From Coriobacteriia bacterium (GTDB taxonomy: Bacteria; Actinomycetota; Coriobacteriia; Coriobacteriales; RUG033), in contig JAATFL010000038.1 in the NCBI GenBank assembly GCA_015655215.1, forward strand, positions 2,157-66,156: a stretch of DNA of 64,000 nucleotides. Reading direction: 5' to 3'. The notes under the pieces were generated by a model. The model was not told the DNA's origin and did not search any database. It was given only the letters and a program-made list of their open reading frames with translations. This document shows positions 37,078 to 45,497 of this stretch, in pieces (the first letter of the stretch is position 1; every line of letters starts with the position of its first letter). The translations under genes and the position numbers were made by a program.

Positions 37078-37844
37078 GAGAGCATCCCCTCCTTCTTGAG
37101 CGCGCTCACAAGTGAGGTGACCTTATCGGACGCATCGCCGTCAACAAAGATGACATTCCTCCGGTTGGCGATGAAACCTTGCGATGAGAGAACCTTCGCT
37201 GCGGGTGCAGGGTCGCACCCGAGCTCGGCAATGCCAAGCTCATGCAGTGGCTTCTTTCCGGCGGAGAGAACCGCCTTGAGCCCAGGGATGGGGGGTTCAT
37301 AGCCAGCCGGTAACACTGCGATCACGCAAGGACGGTTCACCGTGACGGTCTCAAGGCAACCGTCGAGCTTGCGCGTCGCGGTGATTGAGTCGCCTTCCAC
37401 CTTCATCTCGATGACCGAGGTGACCGTCGGCCAATCAAGCAGGGCACCGACCCTGGGAGCTATCTGCCGTGCATAGGTATCACTCGCACCCTCGGCGCAG
37501 ATGACGAGCGATGTGCCGTCGATCGTCCGTATCGCGCTTGCGAGCACCTGACTCGTAACCAGGGCGTCAGCGTCGCACGCCGCCGCATCACCGACCCAGT
37601 ACCCCGTCGCCGGCCCACGGCTCAGTGCATCCTTGAGGGATTTGCGCACGTCTGGGGTCCCGAAGGTCAGCGTCGCCGTCGCGTCGCCCGTCTGCGCGGC
37701 GACCTGCATGGTCGCCTCGATGGCACTCTTGTCGAATTCCGAGATCTTGCCACGTGCGTGGCTCACATCGATGGACCGATCCGGGTTGATTACCAGGTCC
37801 TCTTCATCGAGAACCCATTTATAGCAGGCGACGATCGTTGCCAT
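37074..37844 (-). CDS. fixA: electron transfer flavoprotein beta subunit, FixA type
   Basis: MATIVACYKWVLDEEDLVINPDRSIDVSHARGKISEFDKSAIEA (compare E. coli FixA MKIITCYKCVPDEQDI...). GAGGAGGA RBS. 4-nt overlap with fixB. Confidence 0.9.
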   Translation of the reverse strand: MATIVACYKWVLDEEDLVINPDRSIDVSHARGKISEFDKSAIEATMQVAAQTGDATATLTFGTPDVRKSLKDALSRGPATGYWVGDAAACDADALVTSQVLASAIRTIDGTSLVICAEGASDTYARQIAPRVGALLDWPTVTSVIEMKVEGDSITATRKLDGCLETVTVNRPCVIAVLPAGYEPPIPGLKAVLSAGKKPLHELGIAELGCDPAPAAKVLSSQGFIANRRNVIFVDGDASDKVTSLVSALKKEGMLS

Positions 37845-38021
37845 CGGCCATCCTCCTCTTCTTGACGGCATCGTCCTCGACACGGGCTCCCGACCGATGG
37901 GGCCAGTCAGGTCGCACCTGCCATCTGCGACACCATATGTGTTGTCCTTCGAGACATCTCGGCCATCCAGACGTTCTCGGATCGCCGCCGGGAAAGCTCG
38001 CGTGCGCTCTCGCCGATGGAT

Positions 38022-39185
38022 TCACGCCAACGGGTACTTGCCATACCTCATCATCGTGCCGATGAAGTCCTGTAGAGCCTCGATGGAGGCGCCACCGATG
38101 GCAAGGACCTTCGCGTCACGCCAGAAGCGTTCGACTCCGGTCTCGTCGATGCAGCCGACACCGCCGTATATCTGGATGGCCTCGCGAGCGACCTCCTCGG
38201 CCACCTCGGCACCGCGGATCTTGAGCATGCGGCCCTCGCACAGCTCGAGGTTGCCGGCGTCCTTGTCGGCGAGGGTGCCGTAGACGAATGCGCGAAGTTC
38301 CTCGATCATCGTGCGCATCTTCACGAGCTTGAACTTGGTCACCTGGAAACGGTCGTACATGGGCACTCCGTGCTGGATGCGGCTCATGCTGTAGTCGAAG
38401 GCCATCTGGTAGGCGGCCTCGGCCATGCCCAACCCTACCGGACCGCAGATGAGGAACTCGTTGGTGCAGCTCACAGCCGTCGCCTGCATGCACTTTCCCT
38501 CGGGGCCCAAGAGGTGATCCTTGGGGATACGCATGTCGCTGAAGGAGATGGTCCCGGTTGCGGAGCCGTGCCATCCCAGCTTGCGCTCGTAGGAGCCGAT
38601 CGTGAGACCTGAGGTGTTCTTGTCCACGATGAACGCGCTGATGCCGTCACGGGTGATGGGGTCCACCTCGGAGGTCTTGATGAAGATGATGTAGACGTCG
38701 GCGACACCGATGTTGCTCACGAGGACCTTGTTGCCGTTGATGACGTATTCGTCCCCATCGAGCACGGCGTTGGCGGCATGCTCGACATGGTTGTCGCCTC
38801 CTTCGGGTCCAGTCGAACCACAGGCGAAGATGTACTCCCCGCTGCAGAGCTTGGTAAGGTACTTCTCCTTCTGCTCGGGAGTGCCCAGCATGTTGAGCAG
38901 ACCGCCGGCCAACTCCGCGTGCGCGCCCATGTTGACGGTGAGCACCGGAAGCGATTTGGCGATCTCCTCGTAGATGAGCGCGGCGGTGGTGAAGTCCAGA
39001 CCGAGACCGCCGTACTGCTCGGGCATGGTGATGCCGAGGAACCCCAGCTCGCCCGCTCGCTTGAACAGCTGTCCCGGGAATTCGCCCGTCTCGTCGACCT
39101 GCAGCGCAACCGGGGCGACCTCCTTCTCCACGAACTTCTTCGCCGTGTTGACCATCAGTTGGCGATCCTCATTCATGTACCACAC
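38022..39185 (-). CDS. acyl-CoA dehydrogenase
   Basis: 387 aa. MNEDRQLMVNTAKKFVEKEVAP...GITMPEQYGGLGLDF...IQIYGGVGCIDETGVERFWRDAKVLAIGGASIEAL. GTG 39185 has GGAGAGGA upstream. Confidence 0.9.
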   Translation of the reverse strand: MWYMNEDRQLMVNTAKKFVEKEVAPVALQVDETGEFPGQLFKRAGELGFLGITMPEQYGGLGLDFTTAALIYEEIAKSLPVLTVNMGAHAELAGGLLNMLGTPEQKEKYLTKLCSGEYIFACGSTGPEGGDNHVEHAANAVLDGDEYVINGNKVLVSNIGVADVYIIFIKTSEVDPITRDGISAFIVDKNTSGLTIGSYERKLGWHGSATGTISFSDMRIPKDHLLGPEGKCMQATAVSCTNEFLICGPVGLGMAEAAYQMAFDYSMSRIQHGVPMYDRFQVTKFKLVKMRTMIEELRAFVYGTLADKDAGNLELCEGRMLKIRGAEVAEEVAREAIQIYGGVGCIDETGVERFWRDAKVLAIGGASIEALQDFIGTMMRYGKYPLA

Positions 39186-39360
39186 AGTCGACCATCCTCT
39201 CCGTCGCGGATGGGCAGGGCGCCCATCGACCGCATGGGCCGGATGATGCTCGGATCGGTGGTGCTATGCCATTGTTTATCAGTGGTGAAATCAAGGTCAC
39301 GGGTCCATCGCGTACGGGTATGGCATAAGACCGACATCCACCAGATGGGTAGAGAGAGGA

Positions 39361-40884
39361 CTATCCGTGCAGTTCAGAGGAGGTAGGGTGCCGGTGCCCG
39401 CCCCTCTTGGCCCATAGCGGCAGGCGCACGGTGAACACCGTCCCCGCCTGCTCGGAACTGGTGACGTCGATGGTGCCATGATGGGCCTCGACGATCGACT
39501 TGGCGATGGCGAGCCCCAATCCGAAGCCATCCTCCACGTCAGACCCCTCACCGTGCAGACGCGCCTTATCGCTGCGATAGAACCGCTCGAAGACATGAGG
39601 CAGATCGGCCGAGTCGATGACCTTGCCCGTATTGCGCACCGTGAAGACGGCGCTCCCCTGTTTCGCGACGAGCGTGATGCTCACGTCGCCCCCGGCCCCG
39701 GCGTACTTGCACGCGTTCTCCACCAGTGCCCGAAGCAGGCTCTCCAGCTGGGCCTCCTCGCCCCGCACCACCACCCCAGCGGCGATATCCTCCTCGAAGG
39801 ACACCGCCTGCTCGAAGGCGACGGCCTCGAACTGCAGCACCGTCTTCTCGGCAAGTTGGGAGAAATCGACCTGCTGGGCCTCTCTCGGAACCGGAGGAGC
39901 TTCCTCGACCTTTGCCATCGAGAGCAGGTCCTCCGTGAGGATCCGCATCCCCTGCGCCTCATCGCACGTGCTTTGCACCCACTTGCGGTGGTCAGGACTG
40001 AGACCATCTCGGTCCTTGAGCAATATCTCGCTGTTGGCGAGAATGACGGTGAGGGGCGTCTTGAGCTCATGCGATGCATCCGCTATGAACTGACGCTGAC
40101 GTTTCCACGCCTCCTCGACCGGACGAAGGGCCTGACGAGCGAGAAGGATGCTGATGAGGAGGAAAGCGGCAAGCGCACCGACGCCGATGATCAGCGACTT
40201 GAGCACGATGTTCGTAAGCGAGGAGACGATGACCGAGCGATCGGCGAAGGCGAGCGTGATGCTCCCATCGTCGCTGGCATGGCGTTCGTAATAGAGGCTG
40301 AGGTCAGCCAGCACCCCGGAGTCGGAACTGCTGGCCAGCGCCTCGCTGATGGCCGAGGCGGCGATGTCACTCGACATGGAGACGCTCGAATCGTTGGTCG
40401 CGGTGATGGTGCCGCTATCGTCGACCGTCACGCAGTAGACCGGTACGTAGGAGTTCTGATATCCCTGGGTCGCCGTCGTCGAGTTCTTGTCCACCCCGTT
40501 ATCGGCGGTCTTGCTGCCATCGGTGGTGTCGGATCCCGCGGTAAGGTCCTGGGTGGACGAGTCGTTCGACCCAATCGTGGCCGAGGATGACCCGATCCCC
40601 CCCACCGTGGGAATCGCAAAGGACTTGGGGCCGGTGCCAACCGCCTCTTCGAGGGCATGGTCGACCTCGGTGCGCAACCCCTGGTAGGTGATCGTCATCA
40701 CCACTGTGAACACGACGAGCAGCACGGCGGTCACAAGCGCCATGTTGGTGAGGATGAAACCCCGTCGCAGTTTCCTGAGCACGCCTCCGCCTTCCCGCAC
40801 GTCGAGCGGTGGGTCTTGGCGAGAACCGCCCCGGTGTGGCCATCTTACAGCGCGTGGGCCATGTTGGTCGCTCTTGTCGGCCAT
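39361..40884 (-). CDS. sensor histidine kinase
   Basis: Two TM segments flank a Ser/Thr/Asp-rich extracytoplasmic region. H-box FIADASHELKTPLT. HATPase region GLGLAIAKSIVEAHHGTIDVTS. Confidence 0.85.
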   Translation of the reverse strand: MADKSDQHGPRAVRWPHRGGSRQDPPLDVREGGGVLRKLRRGFILTNMALVTAVLLVVFTVVMTITYQGLRTEVDHALEEAVGTGPKSFAIPTVGGIGSSSATIGSNDSSTQDLTAGSDTTDGSKTADNGVDKNSTTATQGYQNSYVPVYCVTVDDSGTITATNDSSVSMSSDIAASAISEALASSSDSGVLADLSLYYERHASDDGSITLAFADRSVIVSSLTNIVLKSLIIGVGALAAFLLISILLARQALRPVEEAWKRQRQFIADASHELKTPLTVILANSEILLKDRDGLSPDHRKWVQSTCDEAQGMRILTEDLLSMAKVEEAPPVPREAQQVDFSQLAEKTVLQFEAVAFEQAVSFEEDIAAGVVVRGEEAQLESLLRALVENACKYAGAGGDVSITLVAKQGSAVFTVRNTGKVIDSADLPHVFERFYRSDKARLHGEGSDVEDGFGLGLAIAKSIVEAHHGTIDVTSSEQAGTVFTVRLPLWAKRGGHRHPTSSELHG

Positions 40885-40890
40885 GGGAAC

Positions 40891-41571
40891 CTACTTCGCC
40901 TCGTTGAAGTTGAAACGATACCCGATCTTGCGCAGCGTCACGATCTCGGACCTTGAGCCCACGAAGCTGAGCTTCTTGCGGAGGAAGGAGATGTAGGCCT
41001 CGACGTTATTGTCCGCCGCATCGCTGTCGACCCCCCATACCTTGTCGATGAGCATGTCCTTCGTCACGGTGGTGCGTGCGTTCGCCATGAGGAGGTTGAG
41101 TACCGAGAACTCCTTGTAACTCAGGTGCACGACCTTGCCCACGCAGGTCAGGTCGTGGGTTTGCAGGTCGAGCATCAGATCACCGACCTTGAGTTCATCG
41201 AGCACCACCGCCCCCTCACGTCGCATGAGCGCACGAAGGCGGGCAAGAAGCTCTGCTGGCTGGAACGGCTTGGTCATATAGTCGTCGGCGCCGCTATCGA
41301 GACCCTGTACCTTATCGGAGAGCTCTCCTTTCGCGGTGAGCATGATGGTCGGGGTCGCAATCCCCTTGTGACGCAACTCGCGGACGATGGAGAACCCATC
41401 CCGCCCGGGAAGCATCACATCGCACACGAAGACGTCGTAGTCGCCCATCTCCGCGTAGATGAGGCCGTCGCTTCCGTTGTACACCGCATCGACCTGGTAG
41501 TGGGCGTCCTCGAGGATGCGGACGAGGGCATCCGAGAGACGCCGCTCATCCTCTGCGATCAGAACCTTCAT
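40891..41571 (-). CDS. OmpR-family response regulator
   Basis: MKVLIAEDERRLSDALVRILEDAHYQVDAVYNGSDGL...DVMLPGRDG receiver domain. C-terminal winged helix (LSYKEFSVLNLL...VTLRKIGYRF). ATG 41571 is preceded by GGAGG. Confidence 0.9.
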   Translation of the reverse strand: MKVLIAEDERRLSDALVRILEDAHYQVDAVYNGSDGLIYAEMGDYDVFVCDVMLPGRDGFSIVRELRHKGIATPTIMLTAKGELSDKVQGLDSGADDYMTKPFQPAELLARLRALMRREGAVVLDELKVGDLMLDLQTHDLTCVGKVVHLSYKEFSVLNLLMANARTTVTKDMLIDKVWGVDSDAADNNVEAYISFLRKKLSFVGSRSEIVTLRKIGYRFNFNEAK

Positions 41572-41794
41572 GATAGCCTCCGTCTTCGCGTCGCCATGCA
41601 TCGTCGCCACGCATGTCTCATACCCGTCGCACACCCACGCTTGCGTGCGAGGATGATACCCGACGAGCCTGAAGCTAACCTGAAAAACCCTCACACTCAC
41701 TCCACAACCACCGAGCCCGTCAGGGAGCAGCCATCTTTCAGGGCCTTTTCAGGTTACATCCCTAGGATACGTTCGGCGACACTTCTTCGCCACG

Positions 41795-42646
41795 ATGGCT
41801 TTGGCCTTTCGGGAGGCAACGATGGACTACCACGATACGACGACACCAACCCAACCCAGCCAGATGCGGCCAGTCGCATGCGCATCTTGCAGCATGCCTT
41901 CGTCAAGCGGCTCCTCCAGCGTCTTCAAGCGACGCGAGAAGAAGTACCGGCTCGATGAGGACGGCTACCGCAGCATCCTCGCCAGGATGGCGGATCGGAC
42001 CGTCGAGGCCGATTACCCGTACGGCCACATCAGAAGCCTCTACTACGACCGGCCCGACAGCCTCCTCGCGCAGCGAAGCATCAGGAAACCGGTGTTCAAG
42101 GAGAAGCTCCGTGTGCGCAGCTATGGTATCCCCGGCCCCGACGACATCATCTTCGTCGAGGTCAAGCGCAAGTTCAAGGGTGTCGTCTACAAGCGCCGGG
42201 TACCGATGCCCCGCGACGCGGCGATGCGGTACCTCGCCGGAGAGTGGCGCGTAAGCCCGCCGCCATGCCCGCGAGGACAGGGCAACGCACGGCAGATCAC
42301 GCGGGAGATCACCTGGATGCTCGACTCATACGAGTCACTGCAACCGACGATGCTCATCACGTACGACCGCTACTCCCTCGTTGCCGCCGATGACCCGACC
42401 TTGCGTATCACCTTCGATTCGGAGGTGCGCTGGCAAACCGAGGACCCTCGTCTCGAATCCCCCGTGGCGGGCGAATTGCTCGATGCCCCCGGCACGTACC
42501 TCATGGAGGTGAAGGCGAACGGCGCCATGCCGCTCTGGCTGGTGCGGACCATGTCGAGGCTCGACATACTCCCCACGTCGGTGTCCAAGTATGGGGACTC
42601 GTACCGCAGCACCCAGACAGCCGGCCATCTCGGCAACATCCGCTAG
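41795..42646 (+). CDS. VTC-domain (polyphosphate-polymerase-like, CYTH/triphosphate-tunnel) protein
   Basis: FKRREKKYRLDEDGYRSILARM...IRSLYYD...KLRVRSYG...VEVKRKFKGVVYKRRV...YLMEVKANGAMPLWL...SKYG. The start is uncertain (41795-41894). Confidence 0.7.
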   Translation: MALAFREATMDYHDTTTPTQPSQMRPVACASCSMPSSSGSSSVFKRREKKYRLDEDGYRSILARMADRTVEADYPYGHIRSLYYDRPDSLLAQRSIRKPVFKEKLRVRSYGIPGPDDIIFVEVKRKFKGVVYKRRVPMPRDAAMRYLAGEWRVSPPPCPRGQGNARQITREITWMLDSYESLQPTMLITYDRYSLVAADDPTLRITFDSEVRWQTEDPRLESPVAGELLDAPGTYLMEVKANGAMPLWLVRTMSRLDILPTSVSKYGDSYRSTQTAGHLGNIR

Positions 42647-42676
42647 CCGCACGTCCCCACGCAGAAAGGCACCTCC

Positions 42677-43369
42677 ATGGACTCCCTGTTCTCCAGCGTT
42701 CTCACCACCTCCACCACCACGATGGACTTCTCGTTCTCCGGATTCCTCCTCTGCACGGCCGTCTCGCTCATCCTGGGCCTTGCCACGGCTTGGATCTACC
42801 GGTACCGCGGGCACTACCCAAAGAACTTCCTCATGACCTTGGCCTTGCTGCCCGCCATCGTGCAGCTCGTCATCACCATCGTCAACGGGAATCTGGGCGT
42901 GGGCATGGCGGTCCTCGGCGCCTTCTCCCTCATCCGCTTCCGTTCCACCCCAGGCTCGGCGCGTGACATCGCCGCCATCTTCTTCTCCATGGCCATCGGC
43001 CTGGCCACCGGTATGGGCTACATCGCCATCGCCTGCGTCTTCGTCGTGATCGTCGGCGGCATGACGCTGCTCTACAGCCGCCTCGACTTCGGCGAGAGCC
43101 GCCACGTCGAACGCCAGCTGCGCATCACCATTCCCGAGGACCTGGACTACGAGGATATGTTCGACGACCTTTTCGAATCGGCGACGACGAACGCCCATCT
43201 CGTCTCCGCGCGCACCACCAACATGGGCAGCCTCTTCCAGTTGCGCTACGTCGTCACGCTCAGGCAGGGAGTGAGCGAGAAGGCCTTTCTCGACGAGATA
43301 CGTCGTCGCAACGGCAATCTCGAAGTCGCCTTCGGGCACGAGCTCTTCACCCGAGAGGAATCCCTCTAA
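42677..43369 (+). CDS. DUF4956-type membrane protein
   Basis: FLMTLALLPAIVQLVITIVNGNLGVGMAVLGAFSLIRFRSTPGSARDIAAIFFSMAIGLATGMG is characteristic of DUF4956, the usual partner of bacterial VTC-domain genes. Confidence 0.7.
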   Translation: MDSLFSSVLTTSTTTMDFSFSGFLLCTAVSLILGLATAWIYRYRGHYPKNFLMTLALLPAIVQLVITIVNGNLGVGMAVLGAFSLIRFRSTPGSARDIAAIFFSMAIGLATGMGYIAIACVFVVIVGGMTLLYSRLDFGESRHVERQLRITIPEDLDYEDMFDDLFESATTNAHLVSARTTNMGSLFQLRYVVTLRQGVSEKAFLDEIRRRNGNLEVAFGHELFTREESL

Positions 43370-43402
43370 CCCACCGAGGATGCCTCGCACCCCTTCATCC
43401 TC

Positions 43403-45487
43403 GTGACCACGTACGTTCGCACACGACAGGAGCACCTCATGAGCCCCCAACGCCCCAACGCATCCGTCTATCGATGCACCCCGGACGACCCTTCGACCCG
43501 CAAGCACGGGTCAGGCCACATCCATCCGCGCCGAAGCGACATGCCCCCGGTCGCCCGTATGCGCACGGCGGCCATCTGCGCGCTCGCGAGCGCGGTCGTC
43601 GCGGTGACGCTTGTTCTCGGACCGCTGTCCGGCTGCACGAGCGCGACCTCGAGCTCTACGGCCTCCACGAGCACCGATGCGGCCGCAACGATTGACGCCG
43701 CCTCGAGCGACATGGACTTCACCTACACGAGTCGTGACCAGGACGCAAGCTACGACGCCTCTACCGCCACGGCCATCGCACTCTCCGACAGCGGGTCGAC
43801 CGTGTCAGGCGACGGGGCAAGTGGGGTGAGCGTGAGCGATGACGGCACGGTGACGATCACCGCCGAGGGAACCTACGTCGTCTCCGGCACCGTCTCCAAC
43901 GGGCAGATCGTGATCGATGCGACGGATGCCAAGGTGCAACTTGTACTCGATGGTGCCAACGTCACCTGCAGTGATGATGCCGCCATCCTCGTAGAGAATG
44001 CCGACAAGGTCTTCATCACCCTCGCCGACGGATCGGACAACACCGTCTCGGACGGCACCTCACACGTCACCGCCTCCGACGGCAGCGACCATGATGGAGC
44101 GATCTTCTCGCACGCCGACCTGGCCATCAACGGCTCGGGTCTCCTCACCGTCAAGGGCAACTACGCCAACGGGATCGTCTCCAAGGATGACCTCATCATC
44201 TGTGGCGGCACATACGACGTCACCGCACAAAACGACGGGATACAGGGCAAGGACTGCATCAAGATATCAAGCGGCACCTTCACCATCGACGCATCGGGAG
44301 ACGGCATCGTCTCAACCAACACCGAGGACTCCTCCAAAGGCTACGTGGGGATTGATGGCGGCACCTTCACCATCGACGCGGGAAACGATGGGGTTCAAGC
44401 CGAGACGGTCCTCCATATCAATGGAGGAACCTTTGACATCACCACCAATGGCGGCGCGTCCGCCAACACGTCGTCAAGTTCCAAGGAGAGCCAAACGACC
44501 ATGGGTGGCGGCACGCAGAGCGGTACGCGCAGCAGCCCGCAGTCGATGGGTACCTCGGGGGTCTCGGTCACCTCCACCACCAACAACGACACGAACACCG
44601 AGACGGAATCGACCAGCTACAAGGGTATCAAGGCGGGGGATGGCATCACCATCACCGGCGGCAACCTCGATATCTATGCCTACGATGATGCGGTGCACTC
44701 GAACGGTGCCATCGAGGTGAGCGGGGGCACGATAACCGCCGCCTCCGGCGACGACGGCATGCATGCCGATGGGGCGCTCACCATCGACGGCGGCGAGGTC
44801 ACCATCACGAGTAGCTACGAGGGCATCGAGGGAGCCTCGATCACCGTCAACGCCGGAACCATCGACGTCGCCTCAAGCGATGACGGCTTCAACGCATCGA
44901 GCAGCACCAGCACGCCCGTGCTCACCTTCACCGGCGGCACGACCTACGTGAACGCCTCGGGTGACGGACTCGACTCCAACGGCAACATCGCCATTTCCGG
45001 AGGCACCATCGTGGTGAGCGGGCCTACGAATAACAGCAACGCCGCCATCGACTACGGTGATGGAACCTATACCTCGACCATCACCGGCGGAACCATCATC
45101 GCCCTCGGCACGACAGGCATGGCCACCACGTTCACCAGCGGCTCCACGCAGGCGTCGCTGCTCTACGGCTTCTCGTCCACTCAGGCGACGGGAACCATCG
45201 TGACGGTGACCGACGGCAACGGCAACGTGATATGCCAGTTCGAGGCGCCCAAGAGCTTCAACTGCATCAACCTCAGCTCATCCTCGATGAGCAGCGGCAG
45301 CTCCGTCTCCATCTACACCGGCGGTACACTCTCCGCCACGGCCGTGAACAACTATGACACCGACGGCTCGACGAGCGGGGCAACGCTCGTGGTGACGGTA
45401 AGCCTCTCGGGGACCTCCACCACATCGGGCACCGCAAGTTCGAGCGGTGGCATGAGCACCGGAGGGACGGGCGGAGGACGGGCATAG
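43403..45487 (+). CDS. secreted/lipoprotein beta-helix repeat protein (Cthe_2159-like carbohydrate-binding-domain family)
   Basis: LVLGPLSGC lipobox, a Ser/Thr linker, then more than 10 degenerate repeats of the type (D)DG(I/M)x(S/A)xxx(L/I)xIxGGT(F/I)xIxA. The true start is probably 43541 or 43559. Confidence 0.6.
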   Translation: MTTYVRTRQEHLMSPQRPNASVYRCTPDDPSTRKHGSGHIHPRRSDMPPVARMRTAAICALASAVVAVTLVLGPLSGCTSATSSSTASTSTDAAATIDAASSDMDFTYTSRDQDASYDASTATAIALSDSGSTVSGDGASGVSVSDDGTVTITAEGTYVVSGTVSNGQIVIDATDAKVQLVLDGANVTCSDDAAILVENADKVFITLADGSDNTVSDGTSHVTASDGSDHDGAIFSHADLAINGSGLLTVKGNYANGIVSKDDLIICGGTYDVTAQNDGIQGKDCIKISSGTFTIDASGDGIVSTNTEDSSKGYVGIDGGTFTIDAGNDGVQAETVLHINGGTFDITTNGGASANTSSSSKESQTTMGGGTQSGTRSSPQSMGTSGVSVTSTTNNDTNTETESTSYKGIKAGDGITITGGNLDIYAYDDAVHSNGAIEVSGGTITAASGDDGMHADGALTIDGGEVTITSSYEGIEGASITVNAGTIDVASSDDGFNASSSTSTPVLTFTGGTTYVNASGDGLDSNGNIAISGGTIVVSGPTNNSNAAIDYGDGTYTSTITGGTIIALGTTGMATTFTSGSTQASLLYGFSSTQATGTIVTVTDGNGNVICQFEAPKSFNCINLSSSSMSSGSSVSIYTGGTLSATAVNNYDTDGSTSGATLVVTVSLSGTSTTSGTASSSGGMSTGGTGGGRA

Positions 45488-45497
45488 CGCGCAGGTC

